NCBI GenBank assembly: GCA_964549435.1 | Contig: CAZJVB010000007.1 | Span: 571-64,570, forward strand | DNA: 64,000 bases | From: an uncultured Ruminococcus sp. | GTDB lineage: Bacteria; Bacillota; Clostridia; Oscillospirales; CAG-382 | Reading direction: 5' to 3' | Shown here: piece by piece, positions 30,657-38,703 of the stretch | Position numbering within the stretch: position 1 is the first letter of the stretch | How the letters are laid out: each line of letters opens with the position of its first letter | The notes under the pieces: model-generated | Database searches by the model: none | Told to the model about the DNA's origin: nothing | What the model saw: only the letters and a program-made list of their open reading frames with translations | Translations under genes and position numbers: made by a program

Positions 30657-32165
30657 TCAATGTGCACTTTCCGCAAAGGCGGCAATCAAGTCGCTCAAAT
30701 CCTTTTGCGCTGCCGCCTCCAGTGCTTCATAGCTGGAAGCAAAGGTACCGATCGGCTTGGAAATTAAATTCGTCAGCATCGTAGAAAGACCACCGATCTG
30801 ATAGACAGAGCCGAGATCCGATCCTGTACTTCCAAAAATCAACTCCAGCATCTCCACGTCATCATCCGTTCGAAGTTTCTGGTACTGCAACACCACATCA
30901 TAATAAACCTTCGCCACCGTGTCAACGGAATAGGCGCCCAGCGCATCCAGAATCACCTCCGCACAGTAAGTCCGGTTCTCGTCCAAACCGTAAGGAATGC
31001 AGTAAGCATTGGTAGACCATGCACCAATCTGCGTGTAGTATTGTTCCTGCAAAATATCATACATCGGTGAAGGCAGGATGCCGAAATCGCTTTCCATATC
31101 TCCTAATTTCAAGGCATCCTCAACGCTGCCGGAATAAAACAGGCATCGATCCGCCTTAAAGGCATCAAGCAGAAGTAGCATCGGTGTAGAGGATTCGTCG
31201 AAGTAATCATCTCCGCAAACATAATCCGTCCGGTTCTGCAGTAAAGAAAGTATCTTATCTACTACAGCTGTACTGCGCTCATTATAAACAGATATAATCG
31301 GAATACCGTTTTCAGCTACCTCGGCAATGCGTTCACCGGAAGCATAGAACAATTTCTGCATGTCGCCGTTCTGTCCCGCCCAACCGAAACGGTCATGATA
31401 GGTGATACTTCCATCATGATCAAGATCCTCACTGATATTCGCCTGTTTAATGATCGCAAGCACCTCGTCAATCGTCCATTGCATGCTGCGGACAGTTTCA
31501 TAAGGATATGTAATCTTGTAAGTGTCAAACAGTTCCTTATTAAAAAAGGTACATCCAGCCGCATTTTTAGCGCGCAGTCCAATATCTCCTGTCAAATAAT
31601 AGGTGCTGCCCCCGACCGATGTATCCTGAATAAAAACCTGATCCCACCAAGAGTTGCCGATACCAATTCCTTCAGCACTGCCGAGATCGACCAGCAGTCC
31701 TTCCATTGCCATCGTACCGGCATCCAGCAAGCAGGGGTAGTAGATATCATAATCTCCTGTCGCGGAAACGGCAAGCTCCCGCACCATAGAAAGGAAACTG
31801 CCGCCATATCGCTTCGCATCAATTACAATTTCCTCTTCGATTTTTACACCGTAGGCGTTCTCCACCGCTTCCGTGCGCTCCTTGATCGCAAGGCATAGCA
31901 CTTCCGCGCAGGATTCGTTTCCGGTGTTATCTCCGATCTCCGTCACATAGGAGTCATTAAACGCTGCACTCAGCACCTTAACCGTTTGTCCGGCAAACTC
32001 CTGCGTCTGCACGAATCGGTCGGAAGGCGCAGATACCGCAGCGGAGATTTCCGACTGCTCGGATACAGGCATACTGCTTTCTTCCGAAGAATCACGGCAG
32101 CCGGTTCCCGCCGCTAAAAAAAGCGAAACAAGCACCAAGAAGCAAAAGATACGTTTCCCGTTCAT
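30657..32165 (-). CDS. extracellular solute-binding lipoprotein (ABC-type, large ~500-aa class), no cognate permease/ATPase adjacent
   Basis: Lipobox LFLAAGTGC after MNGKRIFCFLVLVSLF. Size and composition fit family-1 sugar/oligosaccharide SBPs. The family call is by general resemblance only. Confidence 0.6.
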   Translation of the reverse strand: MNGKRIFCFLVLVSLFLAAGTGCRDSSEESSMPVSEQSEISAAVSAPSDRFVQTQEFAGQTVKVLSAAFNDSYVTEIGDNTGNESCAEVLCLAIKERTEAVENAYGVKIEEEIVIDAKRYGGSFLSMVRELAVSATGDYDIYYPCLLDAGTMAMEGLLVDLGSAEGIGIGNSWWDQVFIQDTSVGGSTYYLTGDIGLRAKNAAGCTFFNKELFDTYKITYPYETVRSMQWTIDEVLAIIKQANISEDLDHDGSITYHDRFGWAGQNGDMQKLFYASGERIAEVAENGIPIISVYNERSTAVVDKILSLLQNRTDYVCGDDYFDESSTPMLLLLDAFKADRCLFYSGSVEDALKLGDMESDFGILPSPMYDILQEQYYTQIGAWSTNAYCIPYGLDENRTYCAEVILDALGAYSVDTVAKVYYDVVLQYQKLRTDDDVEMLELIFGSTGSDLGSVYQIGGLSTMLTNLISKPIGTFASSYEALEAAAQKDLSDLIAAFAESAH

Positions 32166-32237
32166 CGTTAGGTTACCCCTTCCCTGTCAATATGCAAATC
32201 CATAAAAGGAATACGCGGCTTCAATCTCGACCATGCA

Positions 32238-32276
32238 GAAAAACAGGGCTGCCGCAATTCTGCGACAGCCCCTTTT
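32238..32276 (-). terminator. rho-independent terminator after the cohesin/dockerin protein gene
   Basis: The minus strand reads GGGCTGTCGC-AGAATT-GCGGCAGCCC followed by TGTTTTTCTG. Confidence 0.7.
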
Positions 32277-32314
32277 CATGCGGCAAACCGCATTCTGTTT
32301 TTACCGACCGATCT

Positions 32315-35300
32315 TTATACTAAAGATCCTTCTGTAAAGCTATACGTGCCGAGATATACGCGCTTCAGCATGATATAGTCCTTTGCTTCTACTACGCCGT
32401 TCAAATCGACATCAGCTCTCGCATATTCTTCGTCCGTCATCGTATAGGTTTCCAAAATATGCCGCTTCAGGATCATGTAGTCCTTGGCATCAATCTCGCC
32501 ATTGCCGTTGATATCGCCTCTGACAAACTCATCGGCAGCTTCTTCAACCTTAAACTGCGTCAGACCGACAAATTCCCAGTACGCCTTACCGTCGGAGGGA
32601 CTGTCGCCCAGAACCGCTTCATTGCTGCCAACCTCGAAGACCACCTTGACATAAGCGGCTTCAACAGCTTCAAACGTAAATTCACTGGTCACTGTTCCGA
32701 AGTCGCCCTGAATCAGCACGGCTTCCGCAAAGTCAAATGTACCGATCTCCGTATAATTCTCGCCATCGGTGGAAACCAGAACAGTCGCCTGTCCTTCCGG
32801 ATAGCCGATCATTACGCCCGCATTGTGATAGAAAGAGAGTGTAACGCCGTCAATCTTCTCGGTTTCACCCAAATCATGAAGCAGAGTAACGATCATACCA
32901 ACTTCGGTGCATGCATCATTTTGGATTAAGTACACATTGTCCGCGCTCGCGCCTGCGCCCCAATCCGCATCGACATCGGGATTTTCCTGTGAAAGAACAT
33001 CGATACCGTTCGTCTCAACGGTCTTTTCAACAGGGGTCAGAGCTGCGAATGTGAAGCCGGCATCGGTCAGTACCGCATTGTCTGCAACGCCTCTCATTGC
33101 TTCCAAATCGATGTTATACAACGTGATAATATCCCCAACTTCAATACCCGTCATAACATCGTAGCCTGCTTTATTGCAGTTATAAGAGATGATATATCCT
33201 CCCTCCGGGCACTCAACATCCGCCTTCGAGACCTGCATGCCGCAATTCACAGCAACCACCGCATTGGAAGCATCAACAACGATGATATATGCATAATTCA
33301 TATCTTTCGCAATACCATTGTTTCCGAGCGCAGTCAAATCCGAAACAGTCAGGTTATCACCGGCAACAATGGAAACGTATGCATCATGCTTATATCCCGC
33401 ATAATCGATCGCGATTGCACCGTCCGGCAGAGAAACCAGCGTATCAGGCTGTGCCTTGACCGCAGGAACCACATCCGAAGTGTAAGTATCACCGCATTCG
33501 CAGGTGTAGGTCGTATAGCCATCTTTGGAAAGCGTCGGTGCAGTCACAACCGCCGTATAGGAATGCTCATGCGTTTTCGGCGCCGCATACGTAAAGCCCG
33601 CATCGGTCAGTACTGCATTGTCTGCAACGCCTCTCATTGCTTCCACATCGATGTTATACAACGTGATAATATCCCCAACTTCAATACCCGTCATAACATC
33701 GTAGCCTGCTTTATTGCAGTTATAAGAGATGATATATCCTCCCTCCGGGCACTCAACATCCGCCTTCGAGACCTGCATGCCGCAATTCACAGCAACCACC
33801 GCATTGGAAGCATCAACAACGATGATATATGCATAATTCATATCTTTCGCAATACCATTGTTTCCGAGCGCAGTCAAATCCGAAACAGTCAGGTTATCAC
33901 CGGCAACAATGGAAACGTATGCATCATGCTTATATCCCGCATAATCGATCGCGATTGCACCGTCCGGCAGAGAAACCAGCGTATCAGGCTGTGCCTTGAC
34001 CGCAGGAACCACATCCGAAGTGTAAGTATCACCGCATTCGCAGGTGTAGGTCGTATAGCCTGTTTTGGAAAGCGTCGGTGCAGTCACAACCGCCGTATAG
34101 GAATGCTCATGCGTATATTCATCGACAGTCACTTCCGTCAATGCAACAAACTCCCAGAAAATCTTCCCGTCCGAAGGAGTTTCACCGAGAACTTCGGCAT
34201 TGCTGCCGACAGTGAAGAGAACCTTCACATAGGCCGCTTCTACGGCGTCAAAACCAAACTCATTCTTTACTGTACCGTAGGAATTCGTGGAAAGACCCGC
34301 ATTTACTAATTCAAACTTACCGACCTCGGTATAATTCTCGCCGTCAGTGGAAACCAGTACGGTCGCTTTTCCTTCCGGATACCCGATCATTGTGACGGCT
34401 TCATGGAAGAAAGACAGAGAAACGCCGTTGATCTTCTTAGTCTCGTCAAGCGCATACAACACGGTGACATCCATTCCGGCATTTTTGCAGTTCGTATTTG
34501 CAACCAAAACAGATTTGCCGTTTGCGCCATTGAACCAACTTTCAGTAACATCCGACACACCGTCGGTCAACACTGCATTCTCATTAACATTGACAGTAAC
34601 CTGCGTATTCGGCGCTGCATACGTAAAGCCCGCATCAGTCAGTGCCCAGGACGACGTAGCACTCCGAACTGCATCCAGATCGATATTATAAAGGGTAATT
34701 ACATCGCCAACTTTTACATCAGGAGGCGTAAGATTCTGATGGTAACCGATGATATAGCCGCCAACCGGACAGGTAACATTAGACTTATCACCGTCAGGAC
34801 GACCATAAGTCAAATATGTCTCGGTAACGATATTGTCAGCGTCAACAACAAACAATGCAAACGCATTGAGATCCTTCGCCTGACCCAATGTCTGTGTAGT
34901 CAACTCTGTGACGGTCTTATTGTCGCCGGCAAGAATAATGGAAACACCTACGTCATAGTAGCAGCCCGCATACATGATTGTGCTGGCATTTTCGGGAAGC
35001 TGCTGCAGAACGGGAACAGAAACAGATCCGCCGACAGCATCAATTAGACCGGCCGCAGTCGCAACACTTTCGACAGTGACCGTGATCTCCGCAGTAACAA
35101 GAGCCTTGAGCGGATAAAAGGTTGCGGTAAACAAGGCTCCGTCCGTGATGTAATCCGTAGCAGAAGCAGAAACAACGGTGACACTGCCCTCCTGCGTATT
35201 GACCGAACGGTCAGCGCTTGCGCCTTCGGCAAAGGAAATGCCGTCCGTAGCAAGTGCCAAAACGGATGAATCCCAGCTAACGGTAACATCATATGCGGCA

Positions 35301-35506
35301 AAGCTTTCGATGCCGTCAGCAAGAGAAGCGTTGATTGCGACCTGGAAGCCATCCTTATCGGAATCGCCGGTATAGCTTACTTTCATGTCCTCTGCAACGG
35401 CGGGAGAAATCTGCGTTGTTTCCAGCGCGAATGCAGAAAGAAGCGAAGCAGGCACCGCGACGACAGCAAGAACTGCTACCAGCAGGAGCGAGACGATTCT
35501 TTTCAT
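32315..35506 (-). CDS. secreted modular protein: signal peptide, cohesin-like module, three copies of an unknown ~180-aa module, two discoidin-like modules, C-terminal dockerin
   Basis: Signal peptide MKRIVSLLLVAVLAVVAVPASLLSAFA. Cohesin-like ...FAAYDVTVSWDSSVLAL...DGALFTATFYPL (compare ANCDFVYSYDPNVLE...DGVFATIVAKV in clostridial cohesins). Dockerin GDINGNGEIDAKDYMILKRHIL...DVDLNGVVEAKDYIMLKRVYLG. Two related modules ...IGYPEG(K/Q)ATVLVSTDGENYTE(V/I)G...EAAYVKV.F.VGSN.... Confidence 0.75.
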   Translation of the reverse strand: MKRIVSLLLVAVLAVVAVPASLLSAFALETTQISPAVAEDMKVSYTGDSDKDGFQVAINASLADGIESFAAYDVTVSWDSSVLALATDGISFAEGASADRSVNTQEGSVTVVSASATDYITDGALFTATFYPLKALVTAEITVTVESVATAAGLIDAVGGSVSVPVLQQLPENASTIMYAGCYYDVGVSIILAGDNKTVTELTTQTLGQAKDLNAFALFVVDADNIVTETYLTYGRPDGDKSNVTCPVGGYIIGYHQNLTPPDVKVGDVITLYNIDLDAVRSATSSWALTDAGFTYAAPNTQVTVNVNENAVLTDGVSDVTESWFNGANGKSVLVANTNCKNAGMDVTVLYALDETKKINGVSLSFFHEAVTMIGYPEGKATVLVSTDGENYTEVGKFELVNAGLSTNSYGTVKNEFGFDAVEAAYVKVLFTVGSNAEVLGETPSDGKIFWEFVALTEVTVDEYTHEHSYTAVVTAPTLSKTGYTTYTCECGDTYTSDVVPAVKAQPDTLVSLPDGAIAIDYAGYKHDAYVSIVAGDNLTVSDLTALGNNGIAKDMNYAYIIVVDASNAVVAVNCGMQVSKADVECPEGGYIISYNCNKAGYDVMTGIEVGDIITLYNIDVEAMRGVADNAVLTDAGFTYAAPKTHEHSYTAVVTAPTLSKDGYTTYTCECGDTYTSDVVPAVKAQPDTLVSLPDGAIAIDYAGYKHDAYVSIVAGDNLTVSDLTALGNNGIAKDMNYAYIIVVDASNAVVAVNCGMQVSKADVECPEGGYIISYNCNKAGYDVMTGIEVGDIITLYNIDLEAMRGVADNAVLTDAGFTFAALTPVEKTVETNGIDVLSQENPDVDADWGAGASADNVYLIQNDACTEVGMIVTLLHDLGETEKIDGVTLSFYHNAGVMIGYPEGQATVLVSTDGENYTEIGTFDFAEAVLIQGDFGTVTSEFTFEAVEAAYVKVVFEVGSNEAVLGDSPSDGKAYWEFVGLTQFKVEEAADEFVRGDINGNGEIDAKDYMILKRHILETYTMTDEEYARADVDLNGVVEAKDYIMLKRVYLGTYSFTEGSLV
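33056..34115. repeat. tandem direct duplication, 2 x 540 bp at ~99% identity, inside the cohesin/dockerin gene
   Basis: 33056-33575 matches 33596-34115 at an exact 540-bp (180-codon) period. I see only a handful of mismatches, e.g. 33072 c/t, 33106 a/c and 33531-33533 atc/tgt. Confidence 0.9.
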
Positions 35507-35545
35507 GATTTAAAATCCTTTCCTATAAATTTTCTTTATGATCAC

Positions 35546-35574
35546 ATTATACATTACTTTAGCCTAAATTGCAA
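35546..35574 (-). promoter_or_regulatory. sigma-A-like promoter of the cohesin/dockerin gene (TTGCAA-17-TATAAT)
   Basis: The minus strand reads TTGCAA (35574-35569), 17 nt, TATAAT (35551-35546). Confidence 0.5.
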
Positions 35575-35646
35575 GTACTTTTTACAAAAAAAAGAAAAAG
35601 AAAATTCGACTTTTTCCTTTTTTATCAGAAAAATATCATCCAAGAA

Positions 35647-36264
35647 TCACCGGATAAAGTTCATTTTTACTTTTTGGTTTTCCGGGTGCAGGACGCCTGC
35701 CCCGCGCGCCAGTTCAATACAGCGGAGCAGCCATGCCATATTTTTACCGATATTGCGCATGGTCATCATCCCCTCCTCATCCAGCCGCGCTTCTTCTCCC
35801 GTTCTCCCGTACGCCTGATTCCAATATGTAGAGGATACAATCGGCATAGAAGAAATTGCAAAGTATTTATTCAGCACATCAAAGGAGGCGACGCTCCCCG
35901 CACGGCGGGCACAGAGCACCGAGGCAGCCGGCTTAAATGCAAAAGCCCGGCTTCCGCAGTAAAACGCACGATCCAAAAAGGAAAGCAGGCGGCCGCTCGG
36001 GTGGGCGTAGTAAACCGGAGAACCAAACACAAAACCGTCGGCTTCCCTCGCTTTTTCCACAAAGCGGTTGACGCCGTCGTCCAGAACGCACCTTCCCAAT
36101 TGCACACATTTTGCGCAGACAAGACAATCGGAAATCGGTTTGGAACCGATCTGCACTATTTCGGATTCCACCCCCGCTTGCTGAAGTGCATCCGCCACCT
36201 CCGCAAGCGCCGCAGCGGTGGTACCGTCCTCATGAATGCTGCCGTTTAATAACAAAACTTTCAT
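35647..36264 (-). CDS. iron-sulfur flavoprotein-like NAD(P)H-dependent FMN reductase (flavodoxin fold)
   Basis: MKVLLLNGSIHEDGTT...FGSPVYYAHPSG is the flavodoxin-like fold. The compact Cys motif C-LV-C-AK-C-VQLGR-C (CX2CX2CX5C) resembles archaeal Isf proteins. Confidence 0.7.
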   Translation of the reverse strand: MKVLLLNGSIHEDGTTAAALAEVADALQQAGVESEIVQIGSKPISDCLVCAKCVQLGRCVLDDGVNRFVEKAREADGFVFGSPVYYAHPSGRLLSFLDRAFYCGSRAFAFKPAASVLCARRAGSVASFDVLNKYFAISSMPIVSSTYWNQAYGRTGEEARLDEEGMMTMRNIGKNMAWLLRCIELARGAGVLHPENQKVKMNFIR

Positions 36265-36370
36265 CCTTCACACATTCCCTTCCGTTTTTCTCACATTTTA
36301 CATAATTTATATGCACCAAATCATAACGGCATGAAGCATTTGCTTCTTCCGTAAAAAAACAAACAACAAA

Positions 36371-36405
36371 AAGAAGCAGAGCTTCTGAAGAAACCCTGCT
36401 TCTTT
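36371..36405. terminator. bidirectional terminator hairpin downstream of the zinc-ribbon gene
   Basis: AAGAAGCAG-(17 nt)-CTGCTTCTT, flanked by an A-tract upstream and TTTTGTT downstream. Confidence 0.55.
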
Positions 36406-36450
36406 TTGTTCCCGAGAAAGATAACCCTACTTACAATTTATATAAGTCGA

Positions 36451-36726
36451 TTACTTGGTTCTCTTTGCCGCGAAGCACTCGCTGCAAAGTACCGGTCTGT
36501 CGGTCGACGGCTGGAAAGGAACTCTCGCTACTTTACCGCAGTTGGCGCATACGGTCTCGAACATCTCTCTGGGTGCTCTTGCAGCGTTCTTCTTTGCATC
36601 TCTGCAAGCTTTGCATCTCTGAGGCTCGTTCTGAAAGCCCTTTTCAGCATAGAATGCCTGTTCACCAGCAGTGAACACGAATTCATTACCGCAGTCTTTG
36701 CAAACCAAAGTCTTGTCTTCGTACAT
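36451..36726 (-). CDS. double zinc-ribbon protein (CxxC-x25-CxxC and CxxC-x17-CxxC)
   Basis: MYEDKTLVCKDCGNEFVFTAGEQAFYAEKGFQNEPQRCKACRDAKK...VCANCGKVARVPFQPSTDRPVLCSEC. The ATG at 36726 has an AAGGAG RBS. The first half resembles the zf-trcl-type motif I recall. Confidence 0.65.
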   Translation of the reverse strand: MYEDKTLVCKDCGNEFVFTAGEQAFYAEKGFQNEPQRCKACRDAKKNAARAPREMFETVCANCGKVARVPFQPSTDRPVLCSECFAAKRTK

Positions 36727-36809
36727 TTGCTTACTCCTTGTCAAATTTTTATAATAGCCCCCGTTTGAGATCAGACAGGAGATATTAGCACTTGGAAAAC
36801 CGATCACCA

Positions 36810-37421
36810 CTATACGAGAAGCGCTTTCAACTTCCGACGGATCCGGCAGATTGCATTCGCGATACTCTTTTCCGTTCTTCCGGTTCTTCCAGCGATCTCC
36901 AAATAGGATAAATCGCTAAGATATAATTCAAAGACCGCTTTTTCATATGCAGAAAGCCCGGAAAAAATGCGTTCATACAGCAGCGAACTGCTTTCACGGT
37001 CAATAAAATCACTTTCAGGGGAATTCCCGGAAATCAATTCTGTTTCATCCAGCGGGATCAACGTACCGTTTTGCTTCTGATAGCGGCGGGCAGCACTGAT
37101 AACACTATGGCTGATGCAGGAGGAAGCATACGTCGAAAAAGCAGAGGAAACACCATCATATGTGCGAACCGCTTTCAGGAGACCAACAAGTCCCTCCTGA
37201 AAAAGGTCCTCTCCATCCGCATTCGGAACGACTGCAGAGGAACGAGAGATATGCCAATAAACCAAACGCTTATACGAATCGGCAAGTGCGGCAAATGCCT
37301 CACCATCCCCAGCACGCGCGCGGGAGATCAGCAGCGCCTCAGGCGCTGTACCCACATGACGTTTTCCTTGGTTCCTGTTAACGTCCTGCACGGTTTCTTC
37401 AGTTCGGCAATCGGATATCAT
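36810..37421 (-). CDS. sigma-70 family RNA polymerase sigma factor (regions 2 and 4 only)
   Basis: Region 2 is AFAALADSYKRLVYWHISR...EDLFQEGLVGLLKAVRTYD. Region 4 is LSAYEKAVFELYLSDLSYLEIAGRTGRTEKSIANAICRIRRKL. The start is ATG 37421 or TTG 37448. Confidence 0.7.
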   Translation of the reverse strand: MISDCRTEETVQDVNRNQGKRHVGTAPEALLISRARAGDGEAFAALADSYKRLVYWHISRSSAVVPNADGEDLFQEGLVGLLKAVRTYDGVSSAFSTYASSCISHSVISAARRYQKQNGTLIPLDETELISGNSPESDFIDRESSSLLYERIFSGLSAYEKAVFELYLSDLSYLEIAGRTGRTEKSIANAICRIRRKLKALLV

Positions 37422-37484
37422 TTTCAAAAGAGCACCACCGGTTCTCAAATGCAGTACGCTTGCAATCTCATGCTACGTTTATCA

Positions 37485-37512
37485 ATTATACTCAACTTTT
37501 CGCGTTTGTCAA
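37485..37512 (-). promoter_or_regulatory. sigma-A-like promoter of the sigma-factor gene (TTGACA-16-TATAAT)
   Basis: The minus strand reads TTGACA (37512-37507), 16 nt, TATAAT (37490-37485). Confidence 0.5.
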
Positions 37513-37548
37513 CAGTTTTTTGAATAATTTTTAAATTTTTTGTGGAGG

Positions 37549-38688
37549 TCACCAAATTTTTTCCGCTTTATGAACAGGAAGCTCCTGCAGCAGACGGTGC
37601 ATCTCCGGCAATTTCAAAGCGACATCCTTCGCCAACGCAATCTGGCAATTTGCGCGAAGCAGGTTATGACGGTCAAAATGGCATTTAAAATAGACATCCC
37701 CGTCCAAATAATCCTTCAGAAAACGGGCGGCAAGCTCCAGCGTAATGATCAGCACACCCTCAGGCAGGGTTTCATACTCCGTATCGGTGAGAATCCCTTG
37801 CAATTCGCCCACAAACCCGCTTGAAAACTGCCGAAACGCCTTCAGAGACAAGGAGACGGAGGAAAGCTCCCCTGCATCCTCTGCAGCAGTATTGCAGGCA
37901 AAGCGAACTGCATCCCCGAAATCATGCGCGACAAAGCCGGGCATTACCGTATCCAAATCGATAACAGCAAGCGGACGAAGGGTTTCCCGGTCAAACATGA
38001 CATTGTTACACTTCGTATCGTTATGCACGACACGAAGCGGCAGCTTTCCCTCTCGATGCAGGCGTTCCAGCAAAAGCACCTCCTGTTTCATGGAAAGCAG
38101 CCAATTCAAAGCCTCCTCTGCTTCCGCTTTTCGACCGCAGATATCCGCATCGGCAGAGACCTCCAGATCTCGGAAGCGTTTGGGCGTATTATGAAAATCC
38201 GGAATGGTTACGTACAGATCATCCACAGGAAAATCTGCCAAATACCGCTGAAAGCGACCGAAGGCGACACCCGTGCCATACAGAATCCGATCATCCGCTT
38301 CACTGGTGTTCAGAGAATCATAAATATAGGAAAAGACGCGCCAATAATTACCGTCCGGTCTCTGGTAAAAAAATCTGCCGTCCCGCAAGCGATAATAGTG
38401 AACCACCCCACGCCGGACATCCGTTTCTCCCGCCTCACGCATCTTCTGTGCGATATGTTCCGTCACCGCGTATGCGTTGCCTGCAACCTGTTCCGGTTCC
38501 CGAAACACGTAGTGGTTGATCCGCTGGACCGTGTAACGTCGGATAGTTCCATCCGGCAGCAAAGTTTCCAAGATATAGGTATCATTGATATTCCCCGTTT
38601 TAACGGTCGTATAACCGCTCCGCCTACCTTTCAGACGGAACGCCTCCATCAATTCATCAAATACAGCAAGCAATTCCTGCTCAGTCAT
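37549..38688 (-). CDS. APH/choline-kinase-fold phosphotransferase, N-acetylhexosamine 1-kinase (NahK)-like
   Basis: Catalytic-loop region VVHNDTKCNNVMFD...AVIDLDTVMPG resembles the HNDTK-x-NN motif I recall for NahK/LnpB-type kinases. 379 aa. Confidence 0.55.
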   Translation of the reverse strand: MTEQELLAVFDELMEAFRLKGRRSGYTTVKTGNINDTYILETLLPDGTIRRYTVQRINHYVFREPEQVAGNAYAVTEHIAQKMREAGETDVRRGVVHYYRLRDGRFFYQRPDGNYWRVFSYIYDSLNTSEADDRILYGTGVAFGRFQRYLADFPVDDLYVTIPDFHNTPKRFRDLEVSADADICGRKAEAEEALNWLLSMKQEVLLLERLHREGKLPLRVVHNDTKCNNVMFDRETLRPLAVIDLDTVMPGFVAHDFGDAVRFACNTAAEDAGELSSVSLSLKAFRQFSSGFVGELQGILTDTEYETLPEGVLIITLELAARFLKDYLDGDVYFKCHFDRHNLLRANCQIALAKDVALKLPEMHRLLQELPVHKAEKIW

Positions 38689-38703
38689 AGGTATTCAGGC
38701 TCC

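Noticed and set aside
33386-34309. A 307-aa plus-strand ORF (and 34403-35047) with an internal repeat.
   Set aside because: It is antisense to the cohesin/dockerin gene. Its repeat merely mirrors the 540-bp duplication on the coding strand.
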